DNA from: Planctomycetota bacterium
GTDB taxonomy: Bacteria; Planctomycetota; UBA8108; SXIK01
Direction of reading: 5' to 3'
Assembly: GCA_965223265.1 (NCBI GenBank)
Contig: OZ244999.1
Coordinates: 9,024,001 to 9,088,000 of the forward strand
DNA: 64,000 nt
Shown here: in pieces, positions 1 to 9,627 of the stretch
Position numbering within the stretch: the stretch's first letter is position 1
Layout: each line of letters opens with the position of its first letter
Notes under the pieces: model-generated
Seen by the model: only the letters and a program-made list of their open reading frames with translations
Told to the model about the DNA's origin: nothing
Database searches by the model: none
Made by a program: the position numbers and the translations under genes

Positions 1-1
1 C

Positions 2-1933
2 TTACTGTTTGGCAGGTATGCCGCTGCGTCCGACTCTCTTCGACGCGCCATTCAGTTGGGGCAAGAGCTGAAGGATTGGTTTCTCGTCGCTTTCGACTTC
101 GTTTACCTCGCAGAGAGTCACCTTTTTCGCGGTGAGGCCGGTGCTGCGCTCACGCCACTCGATCGTGCGCTGTCGTTGCCGTCGACTCCTCCAGTACTCG
201 CAAGCATGGTCGCGGCGCGCAGAGCGCTGGCCTACGCGCTGCGCGAGCAGGAGAAGGACGCGCTGCGCGAGCTGGGGGCGGTCGAAGATCCCTTTCCCGG
301 CGCCGACTACCTACGGGCTTGGAATCTCTACTTTGTCGGCTGGAGCCGGCGACTGTTGGGGCACCACGGTGCCGCCGTAACGGCATTCGAGGAGGCACGA
401 TCTCTCTTCAAGCGAGCTGCCGCGTGGGCAGGATTTCTGCACGTCGAACTCGAACTCGTTGCGTGTGAGCTCGAGCAGCAACCGTCCCGAGCGAAAACTC
501 GTCTTCGCGGCCTCGCCCGCGAGTATGTATGCGGTGTGCCGCCACTGACGAACGCCATGCTGTGCGCGCGCTTTCTCGGATTCCAGTCGAAGCTCCTTTT
601 TGAGCGGGAGCCACCCGACATCGACGCCGCCGCATCCACGCTCCTAGAGGCGGAGGCATATTTGATCGGTCGCCGACTCGGGGAGGTGGAGATGTTCCTC
701 AAAGCGCAGCGACGCGAGCTCCAGCGCGCGACCCTGACATCCTTGCCAGCATCCGATCGCGCAGTGGCGAGTCGGAAGCACACACAGGATGAGAGTGACC
801 TCTTCGCTCAGACCGTACACGACTTGGCCGAGGAGTTCATTGGCAGCTGGGAGACTGAGTTGGGCGCCGAGCGGATGGCGCCTCTGCGTCGTAGTCTGCA
901 TGAATTCCACCGACAACTGGAGCAGACTCAGCGTGCTCGGGAGTCCGAGCAGGCCACGCCTTGGACGTGCGATTGCAGTTCAATCATCGGTCGATCCGCG
1001 GCGATCGACGCCCTGACCTCGGCGATTCGACAGCTTGCCGCGTCCGACCTACCTGTGCTCATTCGCGGCGAAACCGGAGCTGGAAAGGAACTCGTCGCAC
1101 GCGCGATTCACGGTGAGAGCCCGAGACGCGCCGGCCCATTCGTGTCGATCAACTGCGCGGCCTTGCCGGAGGAGCTGCTCGCAGCGGAACTGTTTGGACA
1201 TCGCAAAGGAGCCTATTCAGGAGCGGAGGAGGACCGCATCGGATTGATCGTGAGCGCGCAAGGGGGCACGCTGCTTTTCGACGAGGTCGGCGAGATGACT
1301 TTGTCGCTTCAGGGAAAGCTGCTGCGTGTCCTCGATCGAAAGCGTGTGCGTCCTCTTGGAGGCAGCGAGGAAATCGAAGTCGACGCGCGCTGTCTTTTCA
1401 CGACCCATCGAGACCTTCCAGCTCTCGTCGAGGAGGGCGAGTTTCGGGCAGACCTCTACTATCGGTTGCGAGGTTTCGAGGTGGAGGTGCCTCCGCTCCG
1501 TCAACGCTTGGAAGACTTGCCCCTTCTGATCGAGGAGACGCGGATGAACTGCGGCCTGGACCGGCCTCCCACGGTCGACAGCGAAGCTCTGCGCGTGCTC
1601 GCGAGTTACTCGTGGCCGGGGAACGTCCGCGAACTTCAGAACGTTATGACACGGCTAGTGTTTTCCGTGCAGGAAATCGTGCGAGCTTCCGACGTCGAAC
1701 AACTCCTCGAAGACGTCAGCGGCGGTGGAGTGTACAGCGCCGCGTTCCTTCGCAGCCGGCCTCTCAGTGAGCTCGTACGAGAGCTCGAAAAGGAATACTT
1801 CGAACAACTCTCTCGCGATAAGAACGGGCGGGTCCAGGATATGGCGCGCGAGCTTGGGGTCTCAGTGCAGGCACTCTACAAGAGGTTCAAGTCTCTTGGG
1901 ATATCGAAGACGCGGCGCTCGGATCGCCGTTAA
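2..1933 (+). CDS. Sigma-54-dependent transcriptional activator (TPR-like N-terminus, AAA+ domain, Fis-type HTH); 5'-truncated by window edge
   Basis: Frame is open from base 2. Walker A GETGAGKELVA, INCAAL, ELFGHRKGAYSGA (GAFTGA variant), Walker B FDEV, FRADLYYRL, WPGNVRELQN and C-terminal HTH (MARELGVSVQALYKR). Confidence 0.92.
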   Translation, partial: LLFGRYAAASDSLRRAIQLGQELKDWFLVAFDFVYLAESHLFRGEAGAALTPLDRALSLPSTPPVLASMVAARRALAYALREQEKDALRELGAVEDPFPGADYLRAWNLYFVGWSRRLLGHHGAAVTAFEEARSLFKRAAAWAGFLHVELELVACELEQQPSRAKTRLRGLAREYVCGVPPLTNAMLCARFLGFQSKLLFEREPPDIDAAASTLLEAEAYLIGRRLGEVEMFLKAQRRELQRATLTSLPASDRAVASRKHTQDESDLFAQTVHDLAEEFIGSWETELGAERMAPLRRSLHEFHRQLEQTQRARESEQATPWTCDCSSIIGRSAAIDALTSAIRQLAASDLPVLIRGETGAGKELVARAIHGESPRRAGPFVSINCAALPEELLAAELFGHRKGAYSGAEEDRIGLIVSAQGGTLLFDEVGEMTLSLQGKLLRVLDRKRVRPLGGSEEIEVDARCLFTTHRDLPALVEEGEFRADLYYRLRGFEVEVPPLRQRLEDLPLLIEETRMNCGLDRPPTVDSEALRVLASYSWPGNVRELQNVMTRLVFSVQEIVRASDVEQLLEDVSGGGVYSAAFLRSRPLSELVRELEKEYFEQLSRDKNGRVQDMARELGVSVQALYKRFKSLGISKTRRSDRR

Positions 1934-2032
1934 CGAGCGTCTTTGTGATCGACTGGATCCTACGAAACGGTCCTGTTCTTTCTTCTCCTTTCGGTTCTTT
2001 GTCGCTGCATTCATTTTTTTGCGGGCGCTGGG

Positions 2033-2372
2033 GACGGAGATGGAGACAGACTTAGAGACAGATTCAGACGCAGAGGCAGATTCAGAGACAGAGACAGAGA
2101 CAGATTCAGACTCAGATTCAGACTCAGACTCAGATTCAGATTCAGATTCAGAGACAGACGCAACGCGCCCACGCACACGGGAACGGGAACGGGAACGGCC
2201 GAGCGCACGCCGACAAGGCCGGACGGCACACGGAGAGGCTGTGAGTTTTTGAGAACGAGTGGTGGCGACGCACGGTCACAGTCACGTTCGACGGTCGCGT
2301 CCAGAACGGCACCCGGCGCGTGCCTGCTACTTGAGCACTCGCACACCCCACACGCACACGCACTCGCTCACG
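2033..2372 (+). repeat. Bipartite hexamer-periodic low-complexity repeat, copy A
   Basis: GAGACA/GATTCA/GACTCA run at ~2033-2160, followed by ACGCAC/ACGGGA/CACTCG-type runs; intergenic between convergent genes. Confidence 0.85.
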
Positions 2373-2465
2373 GTCTTGAAGTGTTTCTCTTTCGCAACAT
2401 TGGGGAAGGTTTCCGAGCTCTCTCGACGAGACATTTGCGCGACTGTAGGGTCTGAGTCGCACAGG

Positions 2466-3398
2466 TTAACCCGCGAACCTTTGCACGATGGAAACGCAGC
2501 CCTCGAGGTAGCTGCGCCCAAAGAGGTTGAGATGGTTGAGGAGGTGGTAGAGTTTGTAGATCTCCATCCTTTCCTCGGCACCATCGGCGAGCGGCCACGC
2601 TTCCTCGTAAGCCGAGTAGAACCGGGCGTCGAAGCCGCCGAACAGGCGCGTCATCGCGAGGTCTGCCTCGCGCCGGCCGTAGTAGACGGCCGGATCGATC
2701 AGTACCGGGTTTCCGGCCGCGTCGCACATGTAGTTGCCGCTCCAGAGGTCGCCATGGAGAAGGGCCGGCGGCTCCTCCGGCTCAGCGATGAGTGATTCGA
2801 GCCGGTCAAGAAGTCGATCTCCGAGCCTGTCGAGTCGTGCGTCGCTCACACCTTTGGTGCGGGCGAGGTCGAGTTGAAACTGCAGGCGCTGGAAGCGCCA
2901 AAACTGCGTCCAATCGCTGTCCCAATCGTTTCGCTGCGGCGTGCTACCGATGTAGTTGTCGCTGCCGAACCCGAACTGCTCTGCGGCGGCGGCGCGATGG
3001 AGCGCTGCGAATTGCCGGCCGAACGCCTCGTAGAATCTCGGGCCTGGTCGAGACGAGTCGATCGCTTCCATCACAATAAAAGGGATGACTCGGTGCGGAT
3101 CGCGCTCCATTGAACCGCCAGTGCCGATCGGCCTTGGCACGCGAATCTTGCCGCTCTCCGCAAGCGCTTCGAGCCCGTCGCACTCACATTCGAACATACG
3201 CGGCAAAGGGGCGGGGTTTGACTTGAGGAAGAACGTACGCTTGTCCTCGAGCTCGATGATGCGCGCGTCGTTGATGCACCCGCCGCCGGCGCTGCGGCTG
3301 GAGCGGATCGTCGCGTTTCGCCCAGTTTGGCGCGTGATCAACTCTTCGACGGCACGGCGTAGGGTGTCATCGATCATCGCAGGAGTCTTTCGAGCCAA
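2466..3398 (-). CDS. Fructosamine kinase family protein
   Basis: GGGCIN, FFLKSN, FGFGSDNYIGSTPQ, LLHGDLWSGN, DPAVYYGRREADLAM. Start may be the ATG at 3377. Confidence 0.92.
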   Translation of the reverse strand: MARKTPAMIDDTLRRAVEELITRQTGRNATIRSSRSAGGGCINDARIIELEDKRTFFLKSNPAPLPRMFECECDGLEALAESGKIRVPRPIGTGGSMERDPHRVIPFIVMEAIDSSRPGPRFYEAFGRQFAALHRAAAAEQFGFGSDNYIGSTPQRNDWDSDWTQFWRFQRLQFQLDLARTKGVSDARLDRLGDRLLDRLESLIAEPEEPPALLHGDLWSGNYMCDAAGNPVLIDPAVYYGRREADLAMTRLFGGFDARFYSAYEEAWPLADGAEERMEIYKLYHLLNHLNLFGRSYLEGCVSIVQRFAG

Positions 3399-3407
3399 AT
3401 TCTGGAG

Positions 3408-3905
3408 TCAGTCATCGAGGAGATGGGCGAGGATTGCCGGACACGCGGCCTCGATCATATCGAGGACGTGTTCGAACCCTCTCGCGCCGCCATAGTATGG
3501 ATCGGGAACATCGATTCCCCATTTGTGGTCGAGAAAAGAGCTGAGCAATCTGACGTTGTCCGTGTCGCGACCTCTCGCGAGGGTGCGGAGATCGGCGAGG
3601 TTGTCTCGGTCCATAGCCACGACCAGAGAGAATTCATCAAGATCTCCACGCGTGACCTGCCGGGCGCGACTGAGCAGCGCGTAGCCTCGCCGCGTGGCGG
3701 CTTGTCGCATGCGCTCGTCGGCAGGATTCCCAGCGTGATAGTCGATCGTGCCGGCGGAGTCGACGACAACACTCTCGGTCAATCCGCGGGATTCGACGAG
3801 CGCCTGGAAAACACCTTCACCCGCCGGTGACCGGCAGATGTTTCCCATGCAGACAAACAGCACGCTCTTTCGTTGCACCGATTCGTTCATGAAGACCTGC
3901 ATCAA
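3408..3905 (-). CDS. Low-molecular-weight protein-tyrosine phosphatase
   Basis: P-loop FVCMGNICRSP, DSAGT, VPDPYYGG. Confidence 0.95.
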   Translation of the reverse strand: MMQVFMNESVQRKSVLFVCMGNICRSPAGEGVFQALVESRGLTESVVVDSAGTIDYHAGNPADERMRQAATRRGYALLSRARQVTRGDLDEFSLVVAMDRDNLADLRTLARGRDTDNVRLLSSFLDHKWGIDVPDPYYGGARGFEHVLDMIEAACPAILAHLLDD

Positions 3906-4365
3906 GGCTGATGATCGCGTCGTTTGAATCTCGATCCACTATCCAACCGTCGGTGAACGTGAGATGGAATCCTTTTTTGTGGGGCAGAGACGGAGGCGGA
4001 AGGCGCAGAGAACGATTGACCTCGCTGCGCTCGGGCGGCGACCACGTTCGCCTCTCTTGACTTTCTGGCCTCTCATGGAAGGCAGCTAGCGCCGACGCCG
4101 ACCCCCACGGTCACGCTCCCTCCCCCTCCCTCTCCCACCCCACGCCCACGCCCACGACGGGGGCCGCCGAGTCGGAGGCCCGGGCACAAGGCTTGGGTCG
4201 TAGACCGTGCTCGGACAGCCAGGATCCTGCGTGTGGCTAAGGACTTCGAGGGTGCCCTGGTCTTTTTTCAGAAAACCTGTCTGCAATCCAGCTCGAGGGG
4301 CGTTGGAGCTTCGTGGCCACACCACACGGACCAAAAATCGGACCTCAAGCACAAGGAGTTTTGTC

Positions 4366-7191
4366 ATGAAGCGTTTCACCAATTCTCTCTCTCTCGTCAT
4401 GGTTGCCGTGCTTCTTTCGCTCTTCTCTCCCGCTCTCACTCGAGGTAACGACTTCGCTGGGATTGCCGCCGGAGATTTTGGCAACATTGGCGACATCGTC
4501 ATTATCGACGACGTGATCATCTTGCCGCCGCCACCAAGCGACGGGCGGCGGATCAACGGCCGCATCACGCAGTGCGAAAGCGGCGCCGAGGGGTACACCA
4601 TCGAGGTGTACGCCCATGTCAAGGTGGGGCAGCTGGACGTCCTTACGGCGAAGACTCAAAAGCTCGACCAGCCGAAGATTCCCCTGCCCGGCGATGACGA
4701 CGTCATCATCGATGACAACCCCCCACCGCCTCCGGAAGTTGTCTGCCGCGAACGAAATCAAGTTCAGAGGATCGGTACCGCTGTCACCGGGCCGGACGGC
4801 ACGTACACGGCCTTCCTGCCGGACGCGATCGCTCCAAGCAGCGCCTGTAGCTTCGAAGAAACGGGCACTATGTTCGTCCGCGTTCTTGAGCCTGCTTCCG
4901 GTGACGTGATCCACACGAGCGACGATATGCAGCTTCTTTTTCTTAACTCCTTCGACACGGAACTCGAGTGCAGTGCTATCGCGGGTGTCATGCGGGAGGT
5001 AGCGTTGGAGGTGCCGACAACTCCTGGTGACGGATCCGCCATCCGCGGCACCGTCAAGCTGGGCAGCCGCGCCGCGCGGAACACGACCGTGCACCTATTC
5101 GCCAGCCGGCCAGACATCGTCAGCTTGCCAAGTTTTGTCGTCGTTGCGGCAGGAGCATTCGAAGCCAGTTTCGACGTCGAGGTCCACTCGGCGTTGTCGA
5201 CTCGTGTCGAGGTGTTCGCTAAGTCTTCAGGTCAGGTTCTTTCCACACCCCTGAATGTCTCTCCTGCGCTCTATCGTCTTGGCGATACGAACGCCGACGG
5301 TGGCCGGGACATCTCGGACGGCATCGCGGTTCTCAGTTACCTCTTCGTCGGCAACAGTCCGATCGTGAGTGGCTTCTCGGACTTCAATCTCGACGGCGAC
5401 ATCGATATCTCCGACGGCCTGTCGATTCTTCAATTCCTGTTCGCGGACGGTGACGGTCCGCCGCCCTGTGAGGATGCCCCCGTCGTCACGGGCCATTTTC
5501 CTGATTTCGCTACGGACGGCGACGAGATCAGCATCGCCGGTGAATTTCCCGCGCGCGCCTATCGCGTTGTTATCCGCGGCTTCAAGTACACCCGGGAACC
5601 GCTCTTCGACGAAAACGGCGTGATTCCTCTGACGTTCGAGCGCGAGCAGATCTACTGCGGCTGTGACGACGTCAGCCCGCTGCGGCTGGAGGAGATCGGC
5701 GACATGATGGTGGTTAGAGTTCCTCTCGACGCGCCGAGCGGCGAGTACGAGTTCACGTTCCACGAGTTGACGGAAGATGCTCCGAGCTGCTCCGGCGGCG
5801 TCTGTCCCGAGGTTGCCTGCCAAAGCTCTCCGGTCGTCGTCTATGTCCGACCCAGCCATGTCACGACGCGCGTCACGGAAATGGAAGTGATCGGCAATGG
5901 CGAGGACGACTTTGTCCCAGAGCTGAGTTTCACATTTTCCAGCTCCTACGGCGTGCCGACGCAGCGCGAAGATGGCTCGTTTCGATTTCCGATCGAATTC
6001 GGTGGTGCCTGGCCTGGCGGCTTTGAGGGTTCGGCGCACCTGACAGTGCCTGACGGGGAGGTCGTCGAGCCCGACCTGCCGATCTTCATCGGCAACGAAG
6101 CGCGGATGGATCCGTTCGAGTGCGCCGAGGAATGCGCCGGCAGCAACGACCCGAACTGTATCGAGAAGTGTCTCGATCAGGAGAGTACCCACTCGGACGT
6201 GTTCGAAGCCGCGTTCTCCGGCATCGAAGCCGACACGGAGCGTTGGTGGAGCGATCTGATCGATATCCCTGCCACCGCCGCCCTCTGCTACGCTGCCAAC
6301 AAGGCGGGCGCTGCGGACCCGGACTGCAAGCAGTCGGCGAGTATCGCTCAGTCGCTGGAGTCAGCCGTGAAATCGGCACTCGACGAGGACGACGACTTCA
6401 TGGGGTCGCATCTCGTCACCGGAGCACGGGATGCTTCGAGCCTCGGCTGGGGCATCGGCAGTACGGGTGGCCCCTTCGAGCTCAGTGGCCGCGAGGAGCA
6501 CGTCGGGCCGATCAACATCACCACGGAGACGGCCCGCATGGGTAGCCCGCGAGTGATCGGCTACAACGTCCGTGTCAAAGAGATGCGTTTGATCGAAGGC
6601 TACGAGGAGTGCTCGAGCAACGGCACCGACGTCAACGAGCTCTTCATGGAAGCCCGCGCACAACTGTTCCGCTCCGATCGCGCGCTGCGGACGACGTCAC
6701 GATTCTCCGACAACACCGGCCGCTGGATCGTCGCGGAAGGAAGCGATGTTGATCTTCGCGGCGGATTCGACGTTCAGCCCGAGAGCGTTAGTTCGAACGG
6801 CTTCGGTGAAGACAGTCCAGTCCTCTTCGTCGAGATGAACGTCTGGGAGCAGGACGACTCCGACGAACAAAAGGACCTTGTCGGTCTCTACTCACGGACA
6901 ATTCCATTGGCTCGATTTGTCAGCGGTGACGTTACCGACGCCGCGGTGAGCGACACGGTTCTCCCTGGAGGGCGTCTGGCCCGACAGATCGTCCGCGAGA
7001 TCACGGTCGACACTCACGGCTGGTGGGGAAGCGACTGCGAAGATTGCCGAGGGTTTTTTGGCGGTGCTTGCAATGGTCCGCACTACGATCGCGATGGCGA
7101 CGGTGTCCGCGAAACGCTCGACTTTGACAAGGGTCGGGTTCGTTTCACCTACGAGGTGAGCATGACGGTTCTCAAGTATCCCGAAATGTAG
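4366..7191 (+). CDS. Large secreted protein with a central dockerin-like (planctomycete-type) domain
   Basis: AAGGAG RBS before ATG 4366; signal peptide MKRFTNSLSLVMVAVLLSLFSPA; duplicated motif GDTNADGGRDISDG...DFNLDGDIDISDG...LQFLF; acidic, Cys-containing beta-rich remainder. Confidence 0.8.
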   Translation: MKRFTNSLSLVMVAVLLSLFSPALTRGNDFAGIAAGDFGNIGDIVIIDDVIILPPPPSDGRRINGRITQCESGAEGYTIEVYAHVKVGQLDVLTAKTQKLDQPKIPLPGDDDVIIDDNPPPPPEVVCRERNQVQRIGTAVTGPDGTYTAFLPDAIAPSSACSFEETGTMFVRVLEPASGDVIHTSDDMQLLFLNSFDTELECSAIAGVMREVALEVPTTPGDGSAIRGTVKLGSRAARNTTVHLFASRPDIVSLPSFVVVAAGAFEASFDVEVHSALSTRVEVFAKSSGQVLSTPLNVSPALYRLGDTNADGGRDISDGIAVLSYLFVGNSPIVSGFSDFNLDGDIDISDGLSILQFLFADGDGPPPCEDAPVVTGHFPDFATDGDEISIAGEFPARAYRVVIRGFKYTREPLFDENGVIPLTFEREQIYCGCDDVSPLRLEEIGDMMVVRVPLDAPSGEYEFTFHELTEDAPSCSGGVCPEVACQSSPVVVYVRPSHVTTRVTEMEVIGNGEDDFVPELSFTFSSSYGVPTQREDGSFRFPIEFGGAWPGGFEGSAHLTVPDGEVVEPDLPIFIGNEARMDPFECAEECAGSNDPNCIEKCLDQESTHSDVFEAAFSGIEADTERWWSDLIDIPATAALCYAANKAGAADPDCKQSASIAQSLESAVKSALDEDDDFMGSHLVTGARDASSLGWGIGSTGGPFELSGREEHVGPINITTETARMGSPRVIGYNVRVKEMRLIEGYEECSSNGTDVNELFMEARAQLFRSDRALRTTSRFSDNTGRWIVAEGSDVDLRGGFDVQPESVSSNGFGEDSPVLFVEMNVWEQDDSDEQKDLVGLYSRTIPLARFVSGDVTDAAVSDTVLPGGRLARQIVREITVDTHGWWGSDCEDCRGFFGGACNGPHYDRDGDGVRETLDFDKGRVRFTYEVSMTVLKYPEM

Positions 7192-7234
7192 GGAACGCTT
7201 TGAGAGGTGTCGCTGACCGATTGAGCTCACCCTG

Positions 7235-7277
7235 TCCCCTCAGCCCCGACATGAGAGTTGCGGCTGAGGGGGATTTT
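7235..7277 (+). terminator. Probable intrinsic terminator
   Basis: CCCCTCAGCC (7236-7245) pairs with GGCTGAGGGG (7262-7271), followed by ATTTT, downstream of the secreted protein gene. Confidence 0.55.
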
Positions 7278-7386
7278 GATGGCGCACGACTTCGAGCTGG
7301 CCGCCGGCGGCGGCCTTGAGCAGTTCTCGGCGTGGTCGACGGCGGTGGTGGCTGGCGGTCAGCCGTGGATCCTTTAGAATGTCGTC

Positions 7387-8427
7387 ATGGCGAAGAAAGT
7401 CACGACCCGCACGAAAAAGAAGGCCTCTCAAAAGAAGACGCGGAAGCGTGCGACGACGAGAAAAACGTCGTCGCGCTCGCGTCTGAAAATCAGCAAGGAG
7501 AAACGCGGTCTCGAGTCAAGCCAGATCGCTCTGCCGCTCACCGCTCCTGAGGTCGCGAATCTCGTGCGCGAGGTGGAAGGCGTAGGCGGCGCTGCGGTGG
7601 GTGCCTACCGCGAGCCGCTCTCGGGTCGCCCGATCCTCGTCGCGTCGCTGCCGATCAAATCTGTTGAGCCGACACCGTTTCAGCGCAATCTATCACCGAC
7701 GCACACCAAGAGGTTGGCCCAAAAGATCGAAGAGAGTGGTTCGTTTCTCGATCCGCTCATCGTCGTGCGCGGCGACGATGGCCGACTCTGGACGCCGAAC
7801 GGTCGCCATCGCTTGGCAGCGGCGAAGATTCTCGGTCTGCGTCAGATCACAGCGCTAGTCTCGCCCGACGAGGGCCTCGCGTTCAAGATTCTGGCGCTCA
7901 ACACTGAGAAGGCGCACAACCTCAAGGACCGTAGCCTCGAGGTGATTCGTATGGCGCGGGAGCTGGCGCGACGTCACAAGCGTGCAAAGGAGTCCGATTT
8001 CGCCGCGGAGTTCGAAGCGCCTGAGCTTTTGACCTTGGGCATCATCTACGAGGAAGCGGCGCGCTTTGCAGGCGGCGCGTATAGTCCGTTTCTCAAAAAG
8101 GTCGATCGGTTCACGCATCGCACGCTGGCTGCTAGTTTGCGGCAGCGGGAAGGGTATGCGGCGCGTCTACTCGAGATCGAAGAGCAAGTCAAAGAGATCA
8201 TCGAAGAGCTGCGTGAGCGTGGATTTAAGTCACCTTATCTACGGGCGTACGTCGTCGCACGGATCAATCCGGTGCGTTTCCATCGCGCCAAGAAGGGCGA
8301 TACGAAGCCACCGATGACGCTGGCCGCTGGCTTGACGCGGATGGCTGCGGCGGCACGGAAATTTGACGTCGGCTCGGTTAAGCCTGGAGACTTGGCGATC
8401 GTTGCGGCGCTGGCGCCCGATGAATGA
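7387..8427 (+). CDS. ParB/Srx N-terminal domain protein with basic N-terminal tail
   Basis: VEPTPFQR, SGSFLDPLIVV, TPNGRHRLAAA (ParB-like GxxR motif), ALNTE; Lys/Arg-rich first 35 aa. Confidence 0.8.
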   Translation: MAKKVTTRTKKKASQKKTRKRATTRKTSSRSRLKISKEKRGLESSQIALPLTAPEVANLVREVEGVGGAAVGAYREPLSGRPILVASLPIKSVEPTPFQRNLSPTHTKRLAQKIEESGSFLDPLIVVRGDDGRLWTPNGRHRLAAAKILGLRQITALVSPDEGLAFKILALNTEKAHNLKDRSLEVIRMARELARRHKRAKESDFAAEFEAPELLTLGIIYEEAARFAGGAYSPFLKKVDRFTHRTLAASLRQREGYAARLLEIEEQVKEIIEELRERGFKSPYLRAYVVARINPVRFHRAKKGDTKPPMTLAAGLTRMAAAARKFDVGSVKPGDLAIVAALAPDE

Positions 8428-9370
8428 GCTCGGCGTGAATCTGCCGCGCGGCATCGTCCCGGTGGTGCAGACTCCGTTCGAGCCGGAAGGCGCGATTGAC
8501 TTCGAGTCGTTTGATCGTTTGATCGAGGACGCGATCGCAGCCGGGGCAACGGGCTTTCTGGTTCCGGCCGTCGCCAGCGAAGTCGCCGCTTTGAATGCAG
8601 AAGAGCGAGGGCAACTCGCCCGTCGCGCTGCATCGCTGACGCGGGGACGAGCGGCGCTGATTGCCGGCGCGTCGGCGGCGACCGAAGCAGAGTGCGTTCA
8701 CTACGGCGAGCTGGCTGAAAGTGTGGGCGCTGCGGCATGGCTGGTGGCGGTACCCAGCGAGCTCTACGCACGACGACCCGAAGAGATTGTCAGCTACTTC
8801 GTGCGGCTGACCGACTCTTGCCGCGAGCCACTGATCATCCAGGATTTGGAGTTCAGCGGCAGCGGTCTGTCGCTCGAGACGATCAAGCAACTGCGAGCCG
8901 GCGTGCCAACGCTCGCTGGCATCAAGATTGAGACCGTCCCTGCGGGACCGAAGTACAGCCAAGTTCGCGCGGCGCTCGGACCGGAGTTTTACATCGCTGG
9001 GGGCTGGGCTGTGCCGCAGATGATCGAAGCGCTGGATCGTGGCGTCGATGCGATGATCCCGGAGAGCTCGATGGTACGGGTCTACGCCAGAATCGACGCC
9101 CTTCACAGATCTGGACGGCGTCAGGAGGCGCTACGACTTTTTCGCAGGCTGCTTCCCGTCCTCGCATTTGCCAATCAGGAACTCTTCCTTTCCATCGCTT
9201 TTTTCAAACGACTACTGGTGCGCAAAGGGATCTTCCGGAGTGAAACCATGCGCTGTGGGCCAAACCCATGGGACGCTCCGGGACAGCGCATCGCCGACGA
9301 GCTGATCGAGTATTACCTCGAACTCGAGGCGAGTCTTGAAGCGCCGGCGGATGATGGGCGGGAGGGGTAG
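8420..9370 (+). CDS. Dihydrodipicolinate synthase / N-acetylneuraminate lyase family protein
   Basis: GIVPVVQTPF, GAIDFES, PLIIQD, Schiff-base Lys in GIKIET; ATG overlaps the 3' end of the upstream gene. Confidence 0.85.
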   Translation: MNELGVNLPRGIVPVVQTPFEPEGAIDFESFDRLIEDAIAAGATGFLVPAVASEVAALNAEERGQLARRAASLTRGRAALIAGASAATEAECVHYGELAESVGAAAWLVAVPSELYARRPEEIVSYFVRLTDSCREPLIIQDLEFSGSGLSLETIKQLRAGVPTLAGIKIETVPAGPKYSQVRAALGPEFYIAGGWAVPQMIEALDRGVDAMIPESSMVRVYARIDALHRSGRRQEALRLFRRLLPVLAFANQELFLSIAFFKRLLVRKGIFRSETMRCGPNPWDAPGQRIADELIEYYLELEASLEAPADDGREG

Positions 9371-9612
9371 GGAGGCGGAGACAGAGACGGACACAGAGAC
9401 AGAGACGGATACGGAGTCAGATACCGATGCGGAGACAGAGACGGACACAGAGACAGAGGCGGATACGGAGTCAGATACCGATGCAGAGACAGAGATAGGA
9501 GAGACACAGAGACCGAGTCGGACTCAGAGGGGACGCGAACGCCTACGCAAACGCAGAACGCCCACGCCCACGCCCACGCCCACGCAAACGCAAACGCAAA
9601 CGCAAACGCAAA
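9371..9612 (+). repeat. Bipartite hexamer-periodic repeat, copy B (includes a 54-bp tandem duplication)
   Basis: GAGACA/GACACA/GATACG run begins right after the TAG at 9368-9370, then (ACGCCC)n(ACGCAA)n. 54-bp unit starts at 9375 and 9429. Confidence 0.9.
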
Positions 9613-9627
9613 GCAGGACTACCACCG

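Noticed and set aside
1725-2252. ORFs with SD/ET dipeptide or TH/VC runs (also 9336-9878, 15000-15704, 22215-22649) resembling Sdr-type adhesin repeats
   Set aside because: They are translations of the non-coding hexamer elements; they overlap real genes and lack RBS, signal peptide or domain.
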